Shown here in pieces: positions 25,915 to 38,299 of a stretch of DNA of 64,000 bases. Where the stretch lies: assembly GCF_009914755.1 (NCBI RefSeq), contig NC_060926.1, one strand, 5' to 3'. The position numbers and the translations under genes are program-made. The stretch comes from the human T2T-CHM13v2.0 reference genome, Homo sapiens. The notes under the pieces were generated by a model. It worked only from the letters and a program-made list of their open reading frames with translations. It was not told where the DNA came from and did not search any database. Every line of letters starts with the position of its first letter. Position 1 is the stretch's first letter.

Positions 25915-26424
25915 CCTATTAAAATCTTCCTCTAATTTTTTCACTTTTGAGACACTACTAAGAGTTTGTTGAGATGGTATTCTCATTTCTGCAGAAAATC
26001 TAACACTATTAGCTTTGCTTGATTAATAGTGCTTTTTCCCCCCGGCACTCTTTTGGGGAGTTTACGCTTGATATATCTGTTAGGATATACTGCCTTATTT
26101 TTTCTCTTACTAAGCTTTGTTTCACATAATAAGATAAAAGAGTTAAATTCTTCCAATAAGAAGGAATTCATGTTCACTATAATTATGTGAGCTTCAGAGT
26201 GGAAACACCAGTAGGGAGTAACACTGGGAATTTAACTAGATGAAAAACAGAATCCACCTTTTGTACAGAGAAGTGGTGTAAAATGTTGTTAAAAGAATTG
26301 AGTGTTGTATTTGACGATATTAGTTCAGAATCTATTTTCTTGGGTGGCACTGGGATACTCACCTCACCTTCTTCATTTTCACCTTTGAGAAATTATTGAA
26401 ACCGTCATACTTTCCTAGCTAGTC

Positions 26425-26610
26425 TTCCATATGGTTGTACAGCTGGTGTTCTGGAGACACTGCTCTGACTAAAGAGTTAAATGGGGGCTAAAATCCATCT
26501 TACATTCTGCTAATTAATGTGTCTTCCCTGGAGTGGAGGTGCTTCTCTGAGGAATGGGCACATTTTTCCTAATTTCACAAAGGCATTTTATAGATTAGCA
26601 ATGTCATTGC
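26425..26610. mobile_element. MER91-like (hAT-Tip100) fragment
   Basis: GGGGGCTAAAATCCA...CCCTGGAGTGG...GGGCACATTTTTCCTAATTTCACAAAGGCA. Confidence 0.5.
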
Positions 26611-28248
26611 TCACAATAGCAGATGTCTAAGTAGTATCTATTTGTGGGACCAAATATATGAGCTGAGGAGCAATAGGTACTACATACCAGTACCACCTTT
26701 TCTCCTCTATGCTTAATAAAAAGAAGGATTTGGTTAAAACTGTTTAAGTGGAGTATGCAATTGGTATAGATTAGGGAAAATAAGAAAATTATGCTTTTCC
26801 TTGCCTGTGTTCCTCTAGCTAACTCGGGTTTTAGGCAGAAAAGAAGCTAATGGTTGCCATATCCTGGACAGTGATTTGCTACTGCCATTCCTTCTTGGGC
26901 ACGTCAAAAATGCTCAAGTCTTTCTCAGCTCGCAAGAAACACAAACAAATGAATTAAACTCTCAGTCCTGGGTTCTAAATTTGTTATTGTCCTATTCTAA
27001 TTTTTCCTGTCTCATTATCAAAGTAATTGAAATATTATTATATGTCTATTAACTCCATTTCCTTAACTGTGCCTTCTCAGCACAATGCAGTAGAGCCTCA
27101 ATTTGTACCAATGCAACTGTTTGGCAGGGCTGATAGGCAATACACACCTCACTTCCAGGCAAGGTGATGTCATGAAGGGATGGGAAGGAAAGGAACACTC
27201 AGAGTGGGTTATGTTCAGTCCTTTGGTACTGTACAGGAAGGCTTATGGTGGAGAAGGCAGTTGTCAAGTTAAATGTAATATATTCAGATTGCACTGCAAC
27301 TGTGTACACATATAGGAGAAATGAATGATATTTAAAATGAACTCAATAATTTGCCTCCTATTCACTTCAAGAGAATGCTGAAATTGATTTTTTTTCAAAG
27401 GTGTCTATGTGAATATTTTATTTAATCCACATAAGCCGCAGACCAGGTTTGCCCCAGGTGAATATTCTAGAAATTGCTGGAGCTTCAGGACAGGCCCTGG
27501 CATAGTCTCATCTGCTCCTCTTTCTTTGAAGGTCATAACACTGCTGATAAAAATGATATCTGTTACTTATTTTAATAAACTGGCAATCGTTCAATTTTGC
27601 CCATATCTTGCTTATCATTTTGAGCTGTACTATTAATGAATTAGTGCAGTGTTAACTGAGAACCAACCATAGCTGAGAACTAGGGAAAAAACCATTGTGA
27701 AGATACAGAATGACAAATAAGGTTGAGAGGGAAGTACTCATAACTTTACATGAACTCTGCAATATCCAGATGGGAAACAAACAGTAGTGCCCAAGCCAAG
27801 GCATGAGAATAGCAAGCGTTCATTATTTTTTCTTTCCATCACTAGGGAAGAAGAATGATGCTAGAATAGACCTAAGGGGAAAAAAATGCTATCTAACCTG
27901 AGTTATTTTCCCTGCTGCCCACCACACCCTCTCATGGCCAAATTCTTTGTCTGAAAAGATCTGTATGTGGGACATCTCATTATGTTTTTAAGTATGGAAA
28001 CCTTCCTCCATATGGCATCTCCCATGATGGTGATAAATACTGACTACAATGGAAGGTAAAAAGCAAGGTGGTTCAAGATGTAGAAAAGTGAATGGGCTAT
28101 GTGGCATTGACTAGAGGTAGAGGATAGCTGAGACCATGCTTAGGATGGAAACTCCTAGCTTCAGAAGCAGACTTACACTAAATTGGTATTGCTGTAATGA
28201 ACCTGTTTGGGAATTAATCCAGAGAATGTTACTGTCCTTGTGTATCTC

Positions 28249-28270
28249 ATATATATATATATATATATAT
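28249..28270. repeat. (AT)11 microsatellite
   Basis: Direct reading. Confidence 0.9.
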
Positions 28271-29224
28271 TTTATTCCCAGTCTGTTATTCTCTGAAACA
28301 GCTTTACATGAATGAGACTTTTGTGAAAGAAACAGAATCTAGTTGAGAACGCAAAGAATTCAAATTTGGAAAAAAATTTGCTCAACCATAAATTGCTAAT
28401 TATTTGTTAAAGCGATTAAACTCCACATTAATAATGAACTTCAAAACTGTATCTAAATTCCTAGTAAAACATAAAGAGTTCAGTGGAGAAATGTTACCAC
28501 AGATTTCACAGAAAAGTAGTCTGAAGTGACTAGCCATCATGAAAGGCTTCATGGAAGATTGAGGAGCTATGAAAGTTTAAGTAGGATTTAGATACTTTGA
28601 GAACAGAAGCAGGGCACCTTGGACAGCTCAGGCAGCAAAATCTTCAAAATAGTATTTGTTGTGAAAATGTCACTCTGTAAATTGATAGAACAATTAGTTT
28701 CTTTCTTTGCAATGAAATATTTGTGGCACTGATCTCTTCAATATCTGTCAGGTGGAATCAGAAAAGTTAAGATTATAGACAAGCTATGTCATTGGCAGGT
28801 TAAATTATGTTCCTTTAGACAGAAAGCAAAACAAAGCAAAATGGAAAGCTAGACTGATTTCTATATATTTGGATCTCTGATGCTTTTAAGTAATCAGGAG
28901 ATTGCTCGATTAGCTATGATCTTTTTTAATTTTCTCTTTAAATGTTTTAGAATTGTATTCATTTGATGGAAGCAAAAAAGATTCTGTAGTACTGAATCTT
29001 GTTTTACTGTTTTTAAAAGCTACAACTTGGAGAGCAGAAAGATAATTTATTAAATATGTTGGAAATGTTAAAATATTAAACAATATGTACTTTTGTACAT
29101 ATATTAATGCTATATACTAACAATCATCCATTACAAAAGAATACAATGCTATACTACAAAAGCCAGACTGTCACCTAAATATTTCTTAAACAATTCTTAA
29201 ATATCTACTACCAAAAAATAGCAT

Positions 29225-29440
29225 CACTGTGGTTAATGGCTTAGACACCAGAGCAATGCCACCAACTAGCTAGGAAGTTTGGCCAAGTTACTTAATAATT
29301 CTGTGTCTTAATTTTTTGATCTCTAAAACTGCGATAATAATTGTACTTAATTTGTTGGATTCTTTTGAGGACTAAATAGCCTAATACGTAAAAAAAATAT
29401 TGAGAGTAATAACTGGGAGGTAACACTGCAATAAATATTC
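29225..29440 (+). mobile_element. MIR SINE
   Basis: GCCACCAACTAGCT...TTGGCCAAGTTACTTAA..TCTGTGTCTT...TGAGGACTAAAT...CAATAAATATT. Confidence 0.7.
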
Positions 29441-29717
29441 CCTTTTATATTGTCAGTTACCTGCTATATGGAAAAATACAATTTGAGGCATCTTCAGTGA
29501 CATAGGAATGATAGTCCCTGCACCCAAGTAGTTGAAACATCACATTGAAGAAACACCTATTGAGTTCAGACATTTTTAAAAAAGTTTAATTACAGGAAAA
29601 AAAGATACTGGAATTTAGAGTATCATTGTAACTGTCAATGTTATCACAATCATAATTACCAACAATATCAATACCATTCTCATTAGTTCCTATAATTATA
29701 ATTACTATTATCATGGT

Positions 29718-29932
29718 AATAATGGAATTGACTAAATCTTTGCATTGTACCAGGCATTCTTCTAAGAATTTTATATATATTAACTTATTTAAGTTTTCCA
29801 CAAATCAATATTAATATTCTCATTTTGTAGTTGAGAAAACTGGAGTATATAGACTAAGGACATTCAGTTAGTAAATGAAGATGCCAGGTTTTAAACTCAG
29901 GAATTTTGTCACCAGATCTCATGCTCTTAAAT
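29718..29932 (-). mobile_element. MIR SINE
   Basis: GTACCAGGCATTCTTCTAAG...CATTTTGTAGTTGAGAAAACTG...AAACTCAGG...CATGCTCTTAA. Confidence 0.7.
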
Positions 29933-31369
29933 TGTGTATGTCTTTACTGCAGTAAGAACAGCTTAAACATTAAAAAGAGAATGTCACACCGATAAAATAA
30001 TGTCACATATATGGGAAAACTCTAATACAATTAATAGAAAAGGTGATTTTAGAAATGAATAAAAATTCAAAGCCCAAGATAAAATGGAGGAAGGGTCTGA
30101 AGATAGAACTACTAAGGGAGGTGTACAAATCATTAACAAGATAAAAAGTTAAATATCCTTCAAAAATACAAGTCTTTGCCTGAGTGGTAGAATCACAGAA
30201 AATGTTTAAATCCTTTATGTTTTCTCTCATTTTCTGAGTATACTTAACTGAGAAAATAATCAAGACATTCCATTTTACAAAAATATATACAGATTCTGAA
30301 ATACAAGCTGCTATCTGGAAACTATGAGTTTTTCAAGAATAATGATTAGATACTAATTTGTATGATTTGACATTTTATCATACTGAGTATGGAGAGTTGT
30401 TAAAGAATAAGGGGTCAATCAATATTTTAGAAGTTTATTTTCAAAGTGGTGTGCTAGAGAAAGGAGGTCTTCTCTGCTTTCCGGAGAAGCAGAGAAGACC
30501 CTCTTGTGATGTCCACGGTATTATTTATTGATGATCTCAGCCACCAAAATGGCAATGGCAAACTGGAAGGAAGATGGGATTCATTCAGGGGTGATTTTTA
30601 AGAAATGATGGACAAAGCTTAGCAATTAGTTCTAGCAGTGGGGAAAAGAAACCAAACATGTTATTGCGTATTGCTATGGCATCCACTGAAATTTCTCACA
30701 AGGACTTAAGCTGGGCTCTTGGTGAAATACCTCTCATAAATCATCGTGGTCAGCCTTTTCATTGGAATATTAAAGTTCTGTTTGACAGTACACATAGAGA
30801 AGTGCGTTACCAACTGACGTTACTGTTGTGTAACATTAATGAGAATTTGTTAATCTGAAATTACAAACAATTTTAGAGAGGGTACATTTAATCTCTCTAA
30901 ATATCACAGTCTCTTACGGCTGAGAAATCCATGTAGGAAAATACAGTGTAATTAAAACTTGCTGGGTGAACACAGAATCAAAGCAAGGGGGGTTAATTAT
31001 ATGATTTGAATGATTAATGGTATGAGGCTAAAATTCAGTGACAAATCTTTAAAATTATCCTTATACTCAGACAAGTGGATTTTTGTGTCAGTAGAACACT
31101 CTTTTGGGAAAAATAATACATTTAGAAGAGGCAATTCTAATTAATCTCTGTAACTATTCTGATTCTCTGTCTTCATGTTTAGGTTATGGACATCGCTCAT
31201 AACTTTCCTGCTGATTAATACAACTTCGTATTTCCTAATATATTCACATTTTACAGTTAAGAGTATCTGGCCTCTGGGTTCCTTGGATATTTAACATTAT
31301 GTTCCATTTCTTATCTGTGATCCATTATGAGTTGATTTAGTTTCCTTCTCAGGGGAAGTAATGGAAGCT

Positions 31370-31485
31370 GCCCTATTGCCTTATTGTGAGGATTAAATGA
31401 GTTAATATACGTAAAAATGCTTAAAGGAGTGTCTGCTAACTGGTGAGCATTGTTAAGTGTTTGCTGTTTTTCTATTACTATTATT
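31370..31485 (+). mobile_element. MIR 3' fragment
   Basis: TTGTGAGGATTAAATGAGTTAATATACGTAAAAATGCTTA. Confidence 0.7.
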
Positions 31486-31599
31486 ACGAATTTATTTTAT
31501 TTTCCCTAAATCTTTGGGGATGCGTCACTATAGAACATTACTACCAACATAGATCCAAGATCACATGCCTCTTTGATTGGGGAATGACTCCACTATTCA

Positions 31600-31810
31600 A
31601 AGAAAGCATAGAAATTATGGTCAGATTGATGTTTGACTCTTGGCTGTGCTACATACTAAATGTGAAGACTTGAACAAAGTATTTAACCTCTCTGAATCTA
31701 ATTTCATAGGCCTTGAAATGTGCTCTGACTGCCCATCCATATTGTTTTGCAGATTGAATACATATTTAATGGTTACTTGCCCATTTCTGGATATAGTAAT
31801 TTATATTTAT
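31600..31810 (+). mobile_element. MIR fragment
   Basis: GACTTGAACAAAGTATTTAACCTCTCTGAATCT. Confidence 0.55.
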
Positions 31811-32479
31811 TAATATAATGCTATTTATTAAATATAATATTTTTAAAATAATTAAAAATAAAAGCATTAACCATTGGCTATCAATTTTGTATATTTTCCA
31901 AATTTCTAGTGCATATATTAAAGATAAGTGGGGAATAATTTCCATAGTAAGTAGTTTAAATCATTGCTCTCTTTCCAAAGATAACACAATGTACTAGGTA
32001 TGTTGCTAATTTTTCCTTTAATCAAAATCCCATATGTAGAGATTTTTTGGTTGTTATTTTTTTACCTTCTCACCAACAGAAAAAGGGAGTTTAACCCAAG
32101 CAGATTATCCCTTGGGAATCCTTGGAATTGGAATCCTGAAAGCCCTAGAAGGTTAATAGGTCCTGGATCTCAAAGTTATTTTAGACTCAGGAGTTGTTGA
32201 CACCACTGTAGGCCTTTTGAAACCAAAAGAAGCAACAGAAAAAAAAAATGTCATTCTGCAGGCAAAGGAAAAAGAAGAACTGAGTGAAAAATAAGCTCTG
32301 ATGAATTTCGTTTATACTTTTTTTCCCTCAGGGTTGTAATATACTGTTACATACTGGAAATAAGTCACCCTTATCTGAGATCACCTTGATCGAGCTTTTG
32401 TTTGTTTTGTTTATTTGTTTGCAAACAAATTATTTCTAAGGTAGAGATTATTCTGCATCATTATGTTACAACAGTTGCA

Positions 32480-32760
32480 CATATTTGAAAAGTCAAAGGG
32501 TGTTGCAGGCAAAGGAAATGGCTTGAGATAAAGCACTGAGGCGTGAAATGTTTGTTCTGTTCAGTGTTATTAGGGCATAAAGTGCAAAGCAGGAAGCCCC
32601 AGGAGTGAAAGAAAGGTAAGGCCTAGCTCATGGACTGGCCTATTTCCTATGCTACATTTGAGTTTTTTTCCTCTGTACTTTTAGGCAGGAAGAGTGATGT
32701 GGATGAATTTGCAGTTTAGACAGATTACTCTGTTAGCACCATAGAGAACAGTGTGTAAGA
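32480..32760 (-). mobile_element. L2 fragment
   Basis: GCAGGCAAAGGAAATGGC...TTTTAGGCAGGAAGAGTGATGTGGATGAATTTGCAGTTTAGACAGATTACTCTG. Confidence 0.55.
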
Positions 32761-33274
32761 TTGGCAAATGCAGATAAGGGGGCAGGTTAAGTCAAAGTAC
32801 ATGATCTTTAAGCTATTATCTTTAAGCCATTGCTTAAACATAATATTTTAAGCAGACCTTTCTGAGAAGTGTTCCTTAGGACACTAGATACTGCAACAGG
32901 GAGGTAGGTGGGGTTTCCATGAAGGAGGAAACTAACGTAGAAGGAAACAAACAGGACTCAACTATTAGTATCACCATTTTGCCTCAGACTGAATCTGGAC
33001 AGTAATAAAAGTCCACTCATAAAACATACAGATTCTTAACTAACTAAAAATATGCTGGATGTGTCTGCTGTTGATTGGTTTATGTAAACTGTCTGGTTAT
33101 TTCAGCGAGTCATTGGGTATGATGACATACGCGTTTATTGGAAAGTATGTTTGCTCTGTAAAGCCAAAGATGATCTGAACTCTAGGAAAGAACGAAAAAA
33201 CAAGGAGGAAAAAACAAGAAGGAAGAGAGTGAGAAACTGGCAGACTTTATTTGCAGTTATACTGTAAACTATTC

Positions 33275-33753
33275 AGGGCAGCATTGTCAACGAGAAATAT
33301 TTAATAATTAAATAATACGTATTAGGAAATATTAAAAAATATACATAATTTTACGTTTTCTAGTAACCACATTAAAAAAGGCAAAGAGAAACAGGTGAGA
33401 CTGTTATAAGTAACACTTTGTTGAATACAATGTATCCAAAATACCATCAGTATAACATGTAATCAATACAGCAATGTTAATGAAATACTTCTCTTAGAAC
33501 ACATCTTAATCCAGATACTAAATTTTAACTGGAAATACTAATCAAATATCATGAAATTTACAATTACAAGTGTAGATTCACATACCCAATCATTCCAAAG
33601 ATGCTTAAATTTTTTTCCAATAATTCAATCTATTTTATTTTAAAATTAAATTAATTAAAATTAAGTAATATTAAAAAGAGTTCCTCAGTCACATCAGCCA
33701 CATTTCAAATATTCGGTTGGCCCTTGTGGCAGTGACTGTATTGAACAGCAAGG
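33275..33753. mobile_element. MER33/Charlie-type hAT DNA transposon
   Basis: TTTTCTAGTAACCACATTAAAAAAGG...AAACAGGTGA...AGTTCCTCAGTCACATCAGCCACATTTCAA...GTATTGAACAGCA. Confidence 0.7.
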
Positions 33754-34707
33754 TTTCAAGGCTAGAATGTCTGTAGATATTTCCTGAGTGAGAATGATCC
33801 AGGAATTGGGAATTCTGGCTAATTAAAATTATTTGATACCACAGGATATGAAGAAAAAAAAATCTGTAGTTATTTTTTTGCTTATTGCCAGAAATATTTT
33901 ACATTTTCTGAGCTCTATTTTCTGCCTTGATTTATCCAAAGTATCAGGAGTTTCAAGGCCAAAATTCATTCATATATTCTCATTTAAGATAGTAGCTGAA
34001 GAAGCAAGATACATAGGAGATTGGAGAGAATAAAACCTGAAATCAGAAAAGGTTACATACACCTTTATGCACTTATTTACTCTGGTTTGCTTTAGCAAAC
34101 CTTGGAACTTAACTTGTTGCTTTATCTTTTTATTTTTTTCTCCAAGAAACAAATGATGGCTACACACTCTGCCAAATGGAGATATATGATGTTTTGAGGG
34201 TTCTATTTTAAGAGATTTTTCTCCATAAGTAAAATAATACTTTACTCTGAATCTATATAGTTCTCTAAATTTTAATGCATTGCTAGCTAACACATTTCTT
34301 CCCTTCTCCTTGGAGGGTGTTATTTGATACAGAATCATTCCAAAAATTAAACATGAAGCTTAATTGGTAGATGGGAGTATACTATTCCATCTACTTCTGT
34401 ATACATTTGAAATTCTCCATAAATTATTTCCTTGGGTAAACACCACTAACAGAGCTGATATTTGAACCCATTCTGTCTGATTTGTGCTTTTACACTAACT
34501 ACATTGTACTGCTAATTGCTATCAAAGTAAAGGCACACATGCAAGGGTTATATAACCTCCTTCCCAGAATTCTTGACTCTCAGGGTTGGTTGCTCATTTA
34601 TTTATGTAGATACTTGCAGAGCATATATATATGTATTTTTTTTCTTTGTGTTCAATGACAGTGATTACCTCATTTAAAGGTAAAGTAAAACTGACAAAAA
34701 TCAATAT

Positions 34708-34935
34708 TAATAAGAATAGCTAACATTTAGACTTCCTATCTTACATGCCAAGCACTATTTAAATGTTTATCTGGAATAACTTATGTAATCTTTATAAAAT
34801 CCTTTGAGGGAGGTTTCATTATCTTCACTGTGCAGATAAGGAACAGAGATTAATACCTTGCACAGTTTCACATAGCCAGCTAACAATTGATAGCTCTAAG
34901 GTTCAACCGGGACACTCTAATTGTAGGGCTTGCCC
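34708..34935 (-). mobile_element. MIR SINE
   Basis: AATAGCTAACATTTA...ATGCCAAGCACT...GCAGATAAGGAACAGAG...CACATAGC. Confidence 0.7.
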
Positions 34936-36714
34936 TCCATCTAAAGCATTGTGGAGCCCTGACTTGCTGCATGAGTCCTGTAATAGATAAAGTCATTCTC
35001 TAAATCAGCTGAAGATCTAACTGAGGAAAAACCTCCAACCTATTTGAAATGAACAACTCAAAGACAGATGCAATTAAATAGAATTATGAGGAAACAATAA
35101 CAAATAAGGACTGACGATCATAAGATTAAAAAGATTATAAGGAAAAGCTTTGTATAAAGTTTAGTCTGCAGCTGAGCCTTGAAGAATGAGTCAGATTTGA
35201 TTGTAGGAGGGGGCAGACATGAGATTTCTAGAAAAGGTAAAAGATTAATGAAAGTATAGAAATATATGCCTTTTGTAGAATAATGTGAGAGAACAGCTGC
35301 TTATAACAGAGGTACGATTTGGGAAAATTGTTATTTTAGAACAATAATTACAACCCAGGTTCCCACAGAACACCTCTTCTTACAGATACAGAGGCAGAGT
35401 TCATCATGGTTTCACTGGATTTTCTTTCTACCTAAGAAACTGGAGCTCAGCTCCCAGCAGTCAGCATTCGCTTCTGGGAATTTATAAAGTTCTTGTGCTT
35501 ATGAACAACTGTGGTATGATTTCACAAGGTGCTTTCCATCTTCTTTCATGCTCAGGACAATTCCACTCCCTCCATTGAATATAAGAAGATTTTACTTTGA
35601 TTATTCTACCTCTCAATAACAAACAATGACAAATTTTATAACAGACTAATATAAGCAAATTCTATCTCCTGGTGAGCCTAGAAAAACATGAAATCTGCTG
35701 CTGGCACATCAGTTAGGGGAAAGCCTGAGCCACAGTTAGACTTGCTGTGTGTGAGGAACCCCCATTAGCCAATGCCTTGAAGAATATAAGCTCTGAGGGT
35801 CCTGCTGCTTACAGAGGAAATTACTCATTCAGACCGAACTAATGGCGCTCTGGTTTATAAAAGGCAGAAAATCAAAGGTCATAGAAAGTTGTGAGTATTC
35901 AGAGCAGGATGGTTTGGCATGAGTTATGATAAGAAATTAAGTTTATAAATATGTCAAAAACAAATTAGTAGGTAATTAATTCTGAGGATTAGTTAGTGAT
36001 TGTTGAGGCACACTATAGAAATTTTGAACATGAGCAAAGTTGTGTTTTAGCAACTTTAATTTGATGGCAGTGTAAAAATATAATAATAATAAATAATTTA
36101 GTGGGTGTGAAGAGACATTAGGTAATCAGGATAATTTATTCCAATAATGGTCAGAATACAGCCCACCCTTGTTTGTGTATAGAGTTGGCTGTGATGCTGT
36201 ACAGGTCTGACAGTTCACCATGGTGGCACTCTTCCATGTAATTGTTCAAAGTCAAAAGTTCAGGCTTGATGAGTTCAATTTCTGCAACGGTAATTTTGTC
36301 ATACTTTTGTGTAGGATAACTGTTGGATTATTTCAACTTTTATCTTTCTTTTGTCTTTGGAGATATGTAGTCCAACAAAGGCTAGTTAAAAATAATGAAA
36401 AGGTATTTGTCAGTCAAGTTGTGGGCCAGAAGCTTATAATTTCAAATGATTACATAATATTTCAAAATCTACTAAAACATACAGCTATTATTTAACCAGG
36501 AGATTGACCTAATGTTTCTTAAATTTGGGGAGGACATGTTTTGAATGACATGGTTTAATTTTCTCAGATCAGACTGGTTATCAAAATGATACATATTTGC
36601 AAAGCTGTCTCAGATATGGGAAATGACCTGAGCACTTTGGGCCAGTGATTTTCATACAACTTTATCAATGAACACTATTCATGAAATTCATCACATATTT
36701 TCAAAGTAAATACA

Positions 36715-37001
36715 AATAAAAACAATAAGAAATATTTACTGGGTGATTTCAATATGCAACATACTGCCCTTGACAAAGGGAGAATTATATAAAGATATTT
36801 ATGACAAGCCCCATAGCAAGATATTTTACTACCTTACTATAATCTTACTGAGAGAAGAAAATTCACACTTACAGGACAATGAAGACACTAAATTCAGTTT
36901 ATAATGAAGAATTGGGTAAGTTCTAGGAAACACTTTTCAAATGGTAGATAGCTTTGATTATCAAGACAGACTTTGTGAAAGATATGAGACTCAAAATTCT
37001 C
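36715..37001 (-). mobile_element. L2 3' fragment
   Basis: AAGAAATATTTACTGGGTG...ATATGCAACATACTG, reverse of an L2 tail. Confidence 0.45.
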
Positions 37002-37016
37002 AAAAGTTGAAGAATT

Positions 37017-37228
37017 GCCAAGCACCGTGACTCATCCCTGTAATGTCAGCACTGCTGCCAGACGGGGCAGATGACTTGAGCCTAGGAGTTCGAGAACAGC
37101 CTGGCCAACATGGTGAAACTCTCTCTCTACTAAAATGATACAAAAATTAACCAGGCATGGTGGCACAAATCTGTAATCCAGCTACATAGGAGGGTGAGGC
37201 ACAAGCTCTACCTCAGAAAAAAAAAAAA
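37017..37228 (+). mobile_element. Alu with deleted right arm
   Basis: Left arm, linker, right arm to GAGGCACAAG then CTCTACCTCAG-A tail; TSD AAAAGTTGAAGAATT. Confidence 0.9.
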
Positions 37229-37799
37229 GTTGAAGAATTTATAGGAAAAGGAAAGGAAGAGATGAACAAAAAAAAAATAAGAGAAAGGATGGACAAGAAA
37301 GAATGTAAGAGGAACTAAGTTGTTATAAGCACTGACTGCACTATAACATCAAGTGTCCAAAGTAGATAATTTCAGGGTTTGGTAGGTTAGGTAAATTGTC
37401 AGAAGTTACACTGATGGTGAGTTACTAAAGCAGAATTTGAGCCAAGGTTATGAAACCCTTTTTAAAGAAGAATGGGAATTCAAGTGAATTCGAATAAAGT
37501 ACATTTTAAGCCCACATAGCATTATTACTCAAAATAATATAAATAAGCCAACACATTATTAATGGTTGCAATAGGAACTCAATATGTTTGTACCCGTTTT
37601 ATAACAAATATGTAGACAAAGATATAGAGATGATAGATCAAGAAATGAAACTAGTATGCTGAAAAGTAAAATCATTGCATATTTCAACCAATATAAATAT
37701 GTACAAAGGAAAAGCATTAAAGGACATAACTAGAACAATTGTAACCTAATTTTTTTAGTATAAGAAAGGCAATCTGCAAGGCAATAAATTTGTACTGGT

Positions 37800-38298
37800 T
37801 GTGTTAGAGTTTTCCAGCAAAACGGAACCAATAGGATATATGGGGAGATATATACAAAAAAATTAATGATGGGGATTGACTCACATTATTATAGAGGTTG
37901 AGAAGTTCCACAATATGCCGTCTACAAGCTGGAGAGCCAGGGGAGTTGGTTATGTAATTCACTCTTAGTCTGAAGACCAGAGAACCAGTGGAGCTAATGA
38001 TGTAACTCTCAGTCTGGGGCCCAAGGCCTGAAAACCAGGTTGGGGGTTGGGGGCTTACATTCAGCTCAAGACGAAAGTCCAAATTCACCCTTCCTCTGCA
38101 CTTTTTTTTTTATCTGAGCCCTCAATAGTTCGGATGATGTCTGCCCACGTTGGTGAGAGGAGATATTGTTAAATCCTTCCATTGATTCTTATACTAATCT
38201 CTTCCAGAAAGACCTTCATAGATACACCCAGATATAATGTTTTATCAGCTGTTTATCTCCTAACACAATCAAGTTGACACATAAAATTAACCATGATA
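37800..38298 (-). mobile_element. MLT2 (ERVL) LTR
   Basis: TTTCCAGCAAAACGGAACCAATAGGATATA...GAGAAGTTCCACAAT...CAAGTTGACACATAAAATTAACCAT. Confidence 0.8.
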
Positions 38299-38299
38299 C

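Larger units (their letters stand above)
24573..26066 (+). mobile_element. 3' LTR of ancient ERV1 provirus, interrupted by an LTR1-type solo LTR and MER45A
   Basis: Preceded by purine tract GAAGAGGAGG (24561-24570); starts TGAGAACT; ends TTAGCTTTGCTTGATT...TTTTGGGGAGTTTACG; similar to 16690-17172. Confidence 0.65.

Noticed and set aside
33970-34338. 122-aa ORF in unique AT-rich DNA
   Set aside because: No recognisable domain or supporting exon structure; composition is typical of a chance ORF.
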